This document shows, piece after piece, positions 19,959-28,407 of a DNA stretch of 64,000 bases. Position 1 is the first letter of the stretch. Every line of letters starts with the position of its first letter. The DNA lies in the NCBI GenBank assembly GCA_003524095.1, contig DOEE01000003.1, forward strand, positions 732,662 through 796,661. The letters are read 5' to 3'. The translations under genes were made by a program, and so were the position numbers. Below the pieces are notes generated by a model. That model saw nothing but the letters and a program-made list of their open reading frames with translations. It did not search any database and was not told the origin of the DNA. Source of the stretch: Clostridiales bacterium (lineage in GTDB: Bacteria; Bacillota; Clostridia; Christensenellales; UBA1242).

Positions 19959-21599
19959 TTATTTAAATAAATTTTTCAAAAGAATTTCTTTGAGTTTATC
20001 TATACCTTGATTTGATTTGGCAGAGATAAACACAACCTGTGAGTCGTCGTAGTTTGATGCTATATCTTTTATGATGTCATCTTTGTATTTAATTGACTTA
20101 TCTACATGTTGATTTCTAGTATCAATTACAGGCAAATTATCACATTTGTTAAAGACCATAATAACAGGACTAGTACAACCAAGTTTACTCAAAACTTCGT
20201 TTGTAACTCTAATGTGGTCAAGATATTCTTCGTCGCTTATATCCACCACATGCAAAATCAAATCTGAATATACACATTCTTCGAGAGTGCTTGCAAATGC
20301 TTCGATAAATTCATGTGGAAGGTTGTTTATAAATCCAACCGTATCAGTCATGAGAATTTCTTTTTTGTCTTGAAGCCAAACATTTCGAGTGGTTGTATCA
20401 AGTGTAGCAAATAGTTCATTCTTGACATACACATCAGATTTTGCAAGTAAATTTAATAGTGTACTCTTGCCTGAATTTGTATACCCAACGATTGAAACTG
20501 TAGGCTTTGTGTTGCTTAGTCTATTTTTTCTATTCAAAGCACGCATGGCTTTGAGTTTTTTGAGTTCTTCGGTTTTCTTTTGAATATTCTGTTCAACAAC
20601 ACGTCTATTGAGTTCAAGTTTGGTCTCACCAGGGCCTCGCATTCCTACCCCGCCACCAAACTTTCCACTGCTTTCAAGATATGAGCCGAGTCTTGGTAGT
20701 GAATACTTAAGTTGAGCAAGTTCAACTTGCAACTTTCCTTCGTTAGTTCTAGCACGACTTGCAAAAATATCCAAAATTAGCATACTTCTATCTATAACTT
20801 TGACACCAAGAACATTAGATATATTAGAAATTTTGCTTCCGCTAAGTTCGTTGTCAAAAATAACAAGATTGACACCGTATAATTGTATCATTTCCTTGAT
20901 TAAGTCTATTTTACCTTTGCCAATAAAGTAAGTTGAATCGGGTTTTTGTCTAAATTGTGACACCCTATCCACAGTTTCAATTCCAGCAGTATTTCCAAGG
21001 CTTTCTAGTTCGTCCAAATCTCTTTGAATATTGTCTTTGGAATTTAGAGAAACTTTGACTAGAATGGCTTTTTGTCCATTATCCTCATTTAAACTTTTTT
21101 GATATTCAACAAATTCTTTTTCGTACTCAGGTACTTTTTCGAGTATTCCATATTTATTAATGTATCTAGCATCATGACACGAAGTCAATGCAAAATTTTC
21201 TCCCCTAAGGTATCCAACACTAGCATCATATGGTTCTCCGTTAATCACACTAACAGCAACAATGAAGTCAAGTTTGTGATTTTTCAAAAAACTCAAATCC
21301 ATTTGACTTAGTGTTGACTTAGTGTTTGGATGTGTGTGAATAACTCTAAGTCCCGAATATCCAATTCCGTCACAAACTTCAATTTCGTGACTTGCAGATG
21401 TTTTATCTCCACATGAGACATCTAAAATATGTCCTTTTCTATCAATAACCAGCGATACTTCGTATCCCGTATCCCCCGAAACTTTGCAAATAGTCTTTAG
21501 TACTTGGTCGTCAATAACCAAAGACTTGTCAAACGAATAATCTAACAAGCTTTCAAGGATTTCTTTTTGTGATTTTTTTAGTTTGTTTGGAAATTTCAT
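19959..21599 (-). CDS. hflX: GTPase HflX with an N-terminal extension of about 170 aa
   Basis: Residues from about 175 to 546 are collinear with HflX (VIDRSMLILDIFASRARTNEGKLQVELAQLKY, GYTNSGKSTL, DTVGF, NKCD). The N-terminal extension contains HTHPNTKSTLSQMD. Confidence 0.85.
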   Translation of the reverse strand: MKFPNKLKKSQKEILESLLDYSFDKSLVIDDQVLKTICKVSGDTGYEVSLVIDRKGHILDVSCGDKTSASHEIEVCDGIGYSGLRVIHTHPNTKSTLSQMDLSFLKNHKLDFIVAVSVINGEPYDASVGYLRGENFALTSCHDARYINKYGILEKVPEYEKEFVEYQKSLNEDNGQKAILVKVSLNSKDNIQRDLDELESLGNTAGIETVDRVSQFRQKPDSTYFIGKGKIDLIKEMIQLYGVNLVIFDNELSGSKISNISNVLGVKVIDRSMLILDIFASRARTNEGKLQVELAQLKYSLPRLGSYLESSGKFGGGVGMRGPGETKLELNRRVVEQNIQKKTEELKKLKAMRALNRKNRLSNTKPTVSIVGYTNSGKSTLLNLLAKSDVYVKNELFATLDTTTRNVWLQDKKEILMTDTVGFINNLPHEFIEAFASTLEECVYSDLILHVVDISDEEYLDHIRVTNEVLSKLGCTSPVIMVFNKCDNLPVIDTRNQHVDKSIKYKDDIIKDIASNYDDSQVVFISAKSNQGIDKLKEILLKNLFK

Positions 21600-22408
21600 A
21601 ATATCTCCTTAATAGTGCTATTAACATTTTCAAGTTTTTGATTTATGCTTTCTACCAATACTTCGTCTTCACTACATATTTCTTTGATATTTTGACCAAT
21701 CACAACAATTCTATTTCCCAGCGAAATAAGATAAGCCTTATTTAAACTGTCCGAAACAGCCTTATTTTCTTCAAAAATATCTAGCGATTTTTGAAAATAA
21801 TCTTTAATCGAATTAATTAGCGTATCATCAAAGCCCGCTTGAATTACATCGAAATTATCAAAACCTTGCAGGTCGGCAAAATACTTCAATGCATACACTC
21901 CTTGATTTTTAAAAGTAAAGTCCGAATAGTCTTTGAATTTATCCAAAGCGACACTATATGCTTTTTGTTCATCGCCGACACCTATGAGTGCTTTGACATA
22001 ACTATTAACCAAATAGTTTTCTTCCGAAAGCAGAGTACTTTTTTCCAAAATTCCCAAATTTGCTTGTTCGTTATGTTTTTTAAGTTCAATCATAAAATTT
22101 GAGTAATCATCATCATTTATAAATTTTTCATAAACAGTTATAATTTTTTTATTATTGCCATTTTTTATTTCAATATTTAATGACTTGTAGCAATAATAGA
22201 TATTCTTCTCTTTTTCATAAGTTTTTTGATACATATTAGAAGCCAAGTTATTAAGTCCTAATGAGTATGCAAAGTCTCCCATATTTTTTGGAAAAGCAAA
22301 TATCATTATGCATACAAATATAGCGCTAACTACAATAAGTGAAGTAAGTGTCCACAAAACTGTTTTAAGAATTATTTTTTTGTAATCTACATTCATATTT
22401 TTCTCCAC
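21596..22408 (-). CDS. hypothetical membrane-anchored protein
   Basis: 270-aa ORF with one N-terminal TM segment. Its stop overlaps the hflX start by 4 nt, which suggests co-transcription. Confidence 0.5.
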   Translation of the reverse strand: MEKNMNVDYKKIILKTVLWTLTSLIVVSAIFVCIMIFAFPKNMGDFAYSLGLNNLASNMYQKTYEKEKNIYYCYKSLNIEIKNGNNKKIITVYEKFINDDDYSNFMIELKKHNEQANLGILEKSTLLSEENYLVNSYVKALIGVGDEQKAYSVALDKFKDYSDFTFKNQGVYALKYFADLQGFDNFDVIQAGFDDTLINSIKDYFQKSLDIFEENKAVSDSLNKAYLISLGNRIVVIGQNIKEICSEDEVLVESINQKLENVNSTIKEIL

Positions 22409-22565
22409 GCTATCAAACTAATAGTCAAACAAAAGACAATAAAATCAAAAAATCTTTCGGCTTTATGTTTATAACACTCAATCATAAAAGATTGAATTTT
22501 AGCAATCAGTTTCTTGCAAGTTACATCTCAAAAAGCCATTACATTTAATATAATAACAAATAGAC

Positions 22566-22609
22566 AAAAAAAAATCAACAAATCAAAGGTCTATACTTTG
22601 ATTGTTGAT
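22566..22609 (-). terminator. rho-independent terminator of the micropeptide unit
   Basis: Minus-strand ATCAACAATCAAAG / CTTTGATTTGTTGAT stem (one bulge) followed by a T9 run. Confidence 0.55.
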
Positions 22610-22628
22610 GTTTAAATTTAATATTTTC

Positions 22629-22691
22629 TTATTTTAAGCACATTAGGAAAGCCATAACGACCCCCAATCCTGTTACAATTAAAAATCCCAT
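22629..22691 (-). CDS. 20-aa hydrophobic micropeptide MGFLIVTGLGVVMAFLMCLK
   Basis: Below the ORF-track size cutoff. It is preceded by GGGGGAAG 5 nt upstream of the ATG, and has its own consensus promoter and terminator. Confidence 0.45.
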   Translation of the reverse strand: MGFLIVTGLGVVMAFLMCLK

Positions 22692-22729
22692 AATATCTTC
22701 CCCCTAATCATCAAATTTCGAACATGTAT

Positions 22730-22758
22730 ATTATAGCATGTTATACCATAGTAGTCAA
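22730..22758 (-). promoter_or_regulatory. sigma-A type promoter with extended -10
   Basis: Minus strand reads TTGACT, 17 nt, then TGcTATAAT, about 35 nt upstream of the micropeptide ATG. Confidence 0.6.
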
Positions 22759-22933
22759 TACCCATTTTGAAAAAAATTTCAAAAATTTTTTAATTATTTT
22801 TTAATAGAATTTTTCAAAATTTAATATTTTTTCTTGAATAGTCTTTCGTTCAATTTTTATATTTTATAAGAATAATTTGGAGTATTATGCAAAGTATTAT
22901 GCAATTTGACATTTTTTGGCTTAAACACGTAGT

Positions 22934-23614
22934 TTATAACAAATTATTAATAGCGAGTGTTTCACCTGTTTCTGGAGATATAATAAGACTTAGTCTACCG
23001 CCCGTTCTAGTAAGAATACATACATACCAATAATAGTCCGAAACATTCTCATCAGCATCGTTTAAAATCTTAATATACACCTCTCCCGCAAAACTTTTGT
23101 CAACCACACACTCGCCTATTTCGGACTTGAATTTTTTGGATAAAATATCATATACATCATTACTTTGAATATTCCAATTTGCATTAACACAGTTTAATTT
23201 AATTTCTCTTGAAAACTCTCCTATATTAATTTTAGCAGACACATTAGCAGTTGGGCTTATATTGGTTTTTATATCTACAACCAACGAACCATCAAAAGGA
23301 TTTTTTTGAAGAGCCCCCTCAAATTTGTTTGTGCCAACAAACAGAACATAGTTTGCAATAGTGTAATCTAATTCCAAATTTTTTTTTGGAAGAAATGTCA
23401 GAACGCCAAAGTCAACAAGTTCAGTTGCATAGCCGTTGACAATATAAGTTTTTTCACGTTTTCCACTAATTAAACTAACATCTATATTATCATCACTTCC
23501 CACAAACAAATAATTTCTAATTTCAGCAGTGTTGTTCTTCAAATATTTTTCATATTTATTTCCACAACCAGAACATAGACACATTGTAATCAAAAGTAAA
23601 AAAAATAACTTCAT
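22934..23614 (-). CDS. hypothetical lipoprotein
   Basis: 226-aa ORF with a signal peptide and lipobox (LLITMCLCSGC). Confidence 0.6.
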   Translation of the reverse strand: MKLFFLLLITMCLCSGCGNKYEKYLKNNTAEIRNYLFVGSDDNIDVSLISGKREKTYIVNGYATELVDFGVLTFLPKKNLELDYTIANYVLFVGTNKFEGALQKNPFDGSLVVDIKTNISPTANVSAKINIGEFSREIKLNCVNANWNIQSNDVYDILSKKFKSEIGECVVDKSFAGEVYIKILNDADENVSDYYWYVCILTRTGGRLSLIISPETGETLAINNLL

Positions 23615-23696
23615 ATTTCACCTATCAAACCCAAAATTCTCTTAATGGACTTGTTTAAAAAAATATATGAAGTTATTTAATTTTTTATGTCCAAAA

Positions 23697-24125
23697 TCAA
23701 TTTATATCATCTAATTCATCTACACGTTTTTGATATTTTCCACCCAGAAATTCTGTTTTTAAAAATTTATTAATAATTCTTTTGGCACGACAAAAGCAGA
23801 TATAATCACAAGGAAGAATACAAACGTTTGCATCGTTATGCTTTCTGGACATCTGAGCAAATCTAGGATTTATACAAAGTGCCCCTCTAATGCCTTTTTT
23901 ACGATTGCTTGCCATACTCATGCCAAGCCCAGACCTACAACCATATATACCAATATTTCCCTTGAGTACTTCGGTATTAGCACTCTTTGCAAAAGAAGAA
24001 AAGTTGTCCAAAGCATCATATTCTTTGCTTGCAAACTCCTTATATTCAATACCTTGTGCACTCAAGTATTTTTTTATTTTTTGAAACATTTTGTATGCAC
24101 CATGGTCATAAGCAAGAATTATCAT
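23697..24125 (-). CDS. rpiB: ribose-5-phosphate isomerase B (RpiB/LacAB family)
   Basis: 142-aa ORF with motifs DHGAY and GIYGCRSGLGMSMASNRKKGIRGALC. Confidence 0.8.
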   Translation of the reverse strand: MIILAYDHGAYKMFQKIKKYLSAQGIEYKEFASKEYDALDNFSSFAKSANTEVLKGNIGIYGCRSGLGMSMASNRKKGIRGALCINPRFAQMSRKHNDANVCILPCDYICFCRAKRIINKFLKTEFLGGKYQKRVDELDDIN

Positions 24126-24377
24126 TTTTATTCTCCCAGTTCTGTTAATATTTTTAATAATTTAATTAGCGTAAGTTTTATCTAAAACCAAAAAAGTCGA
24201 TTCTAAGCTAAACATTATTACTTGTATTGTAACACATTGACCCAATTATATCCAACAAAAAAATCTTTCTTTTCAAATTATCTTCGACTTAATAATTATC
24301 AAAGCAATTTACAAACCCAAAAGAAAGACATATTTAATATTGCACGTTTTTGTCAAACAAATTTAAGTCATAAACTG

Positions 24378-24405
24378 TTGACAAAAACAAATTTAATGTT
24401 AAAAT
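24378..24405 (+). promoter_or_regulatory. candidate sigma-A promoter
   Basis: TTGACA, 16 nt, then TGtTAAAAT, about 60 nt upstream of the 24464 ORF. Confidence 0.45.
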
Positions 24406-24463
24406 TAAGTAAACAAGCAGTATTTTTAAATTTAGTTAAGCAAAAGGTCAACAAAGGAACAAT

Positions 24464-24889
24464 ATGGGAAAAATTAATGACATTTACTCCAATCAACAAA
24501 AATTAATAGAGAAAATCTCTCAAAGAGAAGTCCAACTCAAAATCAATGATTTTTGTGTCACATCAGATGATTTTCAAAGTAAAGATGCCAGAAAGGCAAT
24601 TGTATGCACCACACCACAAGAAAAAGACTTGCTTGCAATAGCTTTAGATAGATTAGGTTTAACACCAAATTTTGAAAATCTAGGTTCATTTAAATGCAGA
24701 TATGCCAAGAATGGACACATGAATCAAGCAATCAAAAGTGCCAATGTTTTTGATAACTTTGGAAGATGCTATATGTTTTTGGACACAACATTAAGCCTTG
24801 ACAATGTATATACTTTTAGTCAAATTGACTTTGAAAATGTGTTAAAACCAAATGAACTCAAAAAACTAGAAACTACTTTGTCGAAATAA
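24464..24889 (+). CDS. hypothetical protein
   Basis: 141-aa ORF with a weak AAGGA RBS and no motif I recognise. Confidence 0.45.
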   Translation: MGKINDIYSNQQKLIEKISQREVQLKINDFCVTSDDFQSKDARKAIVCTTPQEKDLLAIALDRLGLTPNFENLGSFKCRYAKNGHMNQAIKSANVFDNFGRCYMFLDTTLSLDNVYTFSQIDFENVLKPNELKKLETTLSK

Positions 24890-24933
24890 TAATTTAAATC
24901 GAAAATATTTTTTGAAAATTTAACAAAAACTAG

Positions 24934-24962
24934 TTGACAAATCAAAACTATTAACATATAAT
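24934..24962 (+). promoter_or_regulatory. consensus sigma-A promoter for tRNA-Asn
   Basis: TTGACA, 17 nt, then TATAAT, ending 11 nt before the tRNA 5' end. Confidence 0.75.
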
Positions 24963-24973
24963 AGTCGTGTTAT

Positions 24974-25048
24974 TCCTCAATAGCTCAATGGTGGAGCAAC
25001 CGGCTGTTAACCGGTAGGTTGTAGGTTCGAGCCCTACTTGAGGAGCCA
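24974..25048 (+). tRNA. tRNA-Asn (anticodon GUU)
   Basis: 75-nt cloverleaf. Acceptor stem TCCTCAA/TTGAGGA, D arm GCTC-AATGGTG-GAGC, anticodon stem ACCGG/CCGGT with loop CT-GTT-AA, T arm GTAGG-TTCGAGC-CCTAC, and an encoded CCA. Confidence 0.92.
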
Positions 25049-25055
25049 AAAAATT

Positions 25056-25080
25056 GCACAGCACTTCGCTGTGCTTTTTT
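25056..25080 (+). terminator. rho-independent terminator after the tRNA
   Basis: GCACAGC-ACTTC-GCTGTGC hairpin followed by T6. Confidence 0.85.
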
Positions 25081-25242
25081 GTTCTCTCAATTAGTACTGC
25101 AAGTTCCACTTGCATGTGTCCTTTGGACACATTTCGAACCTGGTAGTCGTCCGATATTAATTTTACTTTGAGACTTATCAAAAATGTGTTATTATTACAT
25201 TGAAGTATTAAATTACTAATATTTTTGACATAGGAGAACGTC

Positions 25243-25803
25243 ATGGAAATATCTAGTACTCTTACACAAAAGATTTATGTTGACTTTTATATGTTTATGC
25301 AAAAAAAGAATATTAAAACATTTAAAATATGCGGAGGAGTCATTTTGGGTTTTGCACTGCTGATTACACTACTTGTTTTTGTAGGAAATTCAAGCACTGC
25401 CGAAATAGTCGAAGACTTAGAAATCCAAATTCCACTTTTTGCTATATTTGTAGCACTTGGTTTGTTTATGATTTTTGGATACAAACCACTACTTTTAAGA
25501 GTCGCAACAAGAACCTATGCATTAAATAGTTTTGTCGCAAGCGAACCTATTGCCACCTACCAATTCAACGATAATAATTTTCAAATGTTGACAACCAGCA
25601 AATTAGGTATCGAAGATTGCACTTATTCTTATGAAATTATTAATCGTATTATTGAAAGTGACACATACATTTTTATCTTCATTGCGACTAACCAAGCCTT
25701 TATTATCACTAAGTCCGAAGACTTGGATTTAAACAAAAAAATTATTGAATTACTAAAAACAAAAACAGAAAACAAATACACGGAATGTATTTGCAAAAAA
25801 TAA
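25243..25803 (+). CDS. YcxB-like membrane protein
   Basis: 186-aa ORF with two TM helices and a C-terminal YcxB-like segment (YSYEIINRIIESDTYIFIFIATNQAFIITK). The family call is from memory. Confidence 0.45.
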   Translation: MEISSTLTQKIYVDFYMFMQKKNIKTFKICGGVILGFALLITLLVFVGNSSTAEIVEDLEIQIPLFAIFVALGLFMIFGYKPLLLRVATRTYALNSFVASEPIATYQFNDNNFQMLTTSKLGIEDCTYSYEIINRIIESDTYIFIFIATNQAFIITKSEDLDLNKKIIELLKTKTENKYTECICKK

Positions 25804-25806
25804 TCA

Positions 25807-26580
25807 TTAAAATGCCTTCTTGATTTCCTTGATGGCATTTTTTTCTAGTCTACTAACCTGTGCTTGCGAAATGCCAATTTCTTCGGATACTTCCATTTGT
25901 GTTTTTCCTATATAATATCTAAGCATTACAATTTCTTTTTCTCTATCGCCTAGTTTAGAAAGTGCATCTTTTAAATTTAAATTTTCAATCCACTTTTCTT
26001 CACTATCTTTGTTATCACTAACTTGGTCCATAAGATAAATTGTATCGTCCCCGTCGTTATATACTGGGTCACACAAAGACATCGGTTCGCTTATCGCTTC
26101 CAAAGCAATTGCAACTTCACTTACTGGCAAATTCAAATGCTCAGCAACCATATCAACACTTGGCTCTTCGCTATTAACTTTGATTAACTCTTCTCTCGCC
26201 TTCAACACTTTGTATGCTGTATCCCTAAGACTACGGCTTACTCTAATGCTATTGTTGTCTCTCAAAAATCTTTTGATTTCTCCAATAATCATAGGGACAG
26301 CGTATGTTGAAAATTTTACATTTTGATTAACATCAAAATTGTCAATAGCCTTCATTAGCCCCACACATCCAACTTGAAATAAGTCATCTGTACAATTACA
26401 TCTTGCTCTAAATCTTTGAAGTACGCTAAGCACAAGTCTTAGATTACAAACAGCAAATTGGTCTCTTGCACTTGCGTCACCAGCTTTGATTTTTGTCATT
26501 AATTCTAGTTGTTCCTTTCCACTTAGTTTCGGCAAGTGATTAGTGTCCACACCAGTAATTATAACTTTGTTATTATTCAT
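25807..26580 (-). CDS. sigG: sporulation sigma factor SigG
   Basis: Near-collinear with B. subtilis sigma-G (GDASARDQFAVCNLRLVLSVLQRF, KFSTYAVPMIIGEIKRFLRDNNSIRVSRSLRD, ISQAQVSRLEK). The start is set at MNNNKVIITGVD with a GGGAG RBS; the track ORF runs 14 codons further upstream. It lies downstream of spoIIGA-sigE. Confidence 0.9.
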   Translation of the reverse strand: MNNNKVIITGVDTNHLPKLSGKEQLELMTKIKAGDASARDQFAVCNLRLVLSVLQRFRARCNCTDDLFQVGCVGLMKAIDNFDVNQNVKFSTYAVPMIIGEIKRFLRDNNSIRVSRSLRDTAYKVLKAREELIKVNSEEPSVDMVAEHLNLPVSEVAIALEAISEPMSLCDPVYNDGDDTIYLMDQVSDNKDSEEKWIENLNLKDALSKLGDREKEIVMLRYYIGKTQMEVSEEIGISQAQVSRLEKNAIKEIKKAF

Positions 26581-26713
26581 AAAAAACTCCCAACCAGTTT
26601 TGGTTAGGAATATTTTGTACAAAATTTTGACGTTTATTACTGTTGATTATAATTTCGACATTATTGTCAATAACTAGTGCATAATTGACAAATATTTATG
26701 TATTATTGTCAAC

Positions 26714-27439
26714 TTATGCCAACTTTGTTATTTCTTTTTTTATTCTTATTACAATCTTTTTTTCAAGCCTACTTATATAACTCTGACTAATTCCAAGACT
26801 ATCTGCAACTTCTTTTTGAGTGAGTTCTTCCCCGCCAGATAGACCAAATCTAAGTACCATTATTTCTTTTTCTCTTTGGTTTAGTTTGTTGATAACTTTC
26901 CAGAGAATTTGCTTCTCGGTAGACTTTTCCATGCTTTCTTGCGGACAATCATTTTCGCTTGGAAGCAAATCAAAAAGCACCAACTCATTGCCTTCGCTGT
27001 CAACATTTAATGGCTCGTCTAAAGATACAACTTGTTTTTGTTTGCTAATTTTTCTAAGATACATAAGAATTTCATTTTCTATGCATTTGCTTGCATATGT
27101 TGCAATCTTTATGTTTTTGTCTGCCTTGTAAGAATTAATTGCTTTGATAAGTCCCAAACTACCAATGCTTATTAAATCTTCTACATCAACGTCCGCACTT
27201 GGAAATTTTTTGGCAACATATACAACAAGTCGTAGGTTATGTTCTATCAATTTTTGTTTGGCAAGTTCTGAGTCTTCAGAACTAAGCATTTCAATATAAT
27301 ACTTTTCATCTTCTTCGCTAAGTATATCTGGCAGTGACTCTCCACTATTTAGATATAGCAGTATATTCTCTGCACTTTCAAATAATTTTTCCCAAATATT
27401 TTTAACTTTATTCATATAATATTTTAAATTAAATTTCAT
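26714..27439 (-). CDS. sigE: pro-sigma-E (SigE)
   Basis: 241-aa sigma-70 family ORF with an N-terminal pro-sequence, immediately after spoIIGA with a 4-nt overlap. Motifs include NLRLVVYVAKKF and ISQSYISRLEKK. Confidence 0.9.
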   Translation of the reverse strand: MKFNLKYYMNKVKNIWEKLFESAENILLYLNSGESLPDILSEEDEKYYIEMLSSEDSELAKQKLIEHNLRLVVYVAKKFPSADVDVEDLISIGSLGLIKAINSYKADKNIKIATYASKCIENEILMYLRKISKQKQVVSLDEPLNVDSEGNELVLFDLLPSENDCPQESMEKSTEKQILWKVINKLNQREKEIMVLRFGLSGGEELTQKEVADSLGISQSYISRLEKKIVIRIKKEITKLA

Positions 27440-28287
27440 GCCCCACCGCCTAATAATTTTGAATTAACAATACAATCAAAGTTTTTAAAATTCTTTAGAG
27501 TTACTGCAACATATGTATTTTCAAACACCTTTCCGTCACAAACAAATTTATCTATTCTAAACATCAAATATTTACTAGATTTTTCCAAAGATTCAATATC
27601 TATATAACTAGCATCTTTAAGTTTGCTTTTATCTATATTTCTAAACAAAAATTTATTAACCGAATAATCTTTGTACAATCTAAAAAACATGTCACTAGAA
27701 ATTATATTGACAGCATGTCCGTTATGGCAAATTAAGTTTCCACTATCCATAAGTCCAACCCCTTCGGTCTCAACATTGTTATCCACAAGCTTAATACTGC
27801 ACGTCAAATTATTAAACTTAATCTGATTACTAAGTTTATAAATAATTTTTTTAAGCAACCAACCACCAATCAATACAATAATCAAAAATACACTGATAGG
27901 AATTTCCAAATCATAAAGTATTGCACCCGAAATAGTATATTTTATTTTGAGTAGAGTTAGCATAAACATAAACATTCCGCCAAACAAAAATGTATACACT
28001 AGTAGCAAACCCAGATTAAAAAAATATAACCTAAATGATTTGTATTTGGTTAAAACCAAAACCATAAGACATGCACTTAGTAATCTATATATAACGCTTA
28101 AGTAGTTATACTTTAGGACATATGGCAAAAAGACTGCCGACAAAACCCCAATTAAACAGGCAAAAAACAAATTTTTTTTGTAAAGTTTGAACTTGGTTGT
28201 TATAGATATAAGTTTAAATAACATATAGTCCACAACCAAATTATCTAATATTACATACTCAATATATAATGTCATTTTGCCTTCCAA
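27436..28287 (-). CDS. spoIIGA: sigma-E processing peptidase SpoIIGA
   Basis: 283-aa ORF with an N-terminal polytopic membrane domain and a C-terminal domain carrying GLMDSGN. Its position between ftsZ and sigE supports the call. Confidence 0.8.
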   Translation of the reverse strand: MEGKMTLYIEYVILDNLVVDYMLFKLISITTKFKLYKKNLFFACLIGVLSAVFLPYVLKYNYLSVIYRLLSACLMVLVLTKYKSFRLYFFNLGLLLVYTFLFGGMFMFMLTLLKIKYTISGAILYDLEIPISVFLIIVLIGGWLLKKIIYKLSNQIKFNNLTCSIKLVDNNVETEGVGLMDSGNLICHNGHAVNIISSDMFFRLYKDYSVNKFLFRNIDKSKLKDASYIDIESLEKSSKYLMFRIDKFVCDGKVFENTYVAVTLKNFKNFDCIVNSKLLGGGA

Positions 28288-28353
28288 TTTAGATTTTATA
28301 TAATTTTAACAAATATATATTATTAACGCTTTCAAAAAGCATGCGACATTTTC

Positions 28354-28395
28354 ACAAAAAAAAGAGAATAAACACTAAATTTTGTTTATTCTCTT
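28354..28395 (-). terminator. rho-independent terminator after ftsZ
   Basis: AAGAGAATAAACA / TGTTTATTCTCTT 13-bp stem followed on the minus strand by T9. Confidence 0.75.
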
Positions 28396-28407
28396 CATTA
28401 ATATTTT

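Noticed and set aside
22887-23033. 48-aa plus-strand ORF (MQSIMQFDIFWLKH...) starting within a tandem 12-nt duplication (AGTATTATGCAA, two copies) with a GGAG-like RBS.
   Set aside because: It runs antisense into the 3' end of the lipoprotein gene and has no supporting promoter or terminator. The duplication itself is short and AT-rich.
25049-25242. tRNA-Asn 3' flank as an integration site for an island. I looked for a direct repeat of the tRNA 3' end and noted two hairpins (GCAAG-TTCCA-CTTGC and TGTGTCC-TTT-GGACACA) and a TTCGAACC string.
   Set aside because: I found no repeat of the tRNA 3' segment downstream and no integrase. The TTCGAACC stretch has no flanking complementary T-stem, so it is not a tRNA remnant.
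24951-25244. 97-aa minus-strand ORF spanning the tRNA-Asn locus.
   Set aside because: It overlaps a well-folded tRNA gene and its terminator on the opposite strand, and has no RBS. It is an artefact.
26663-26692. The inverted repeat ATTGTCAA...TTGACAA occurs both here and in the znuA-zur region (63251-63272). I considered a shared operator.
   Set aside because: The arms are only 7-8 bp, are AT-rich and embed the common TTGACA -35 hexamer, and the spacing differs (14 versus 6 nt). Chance similarity is the simpler explanation.
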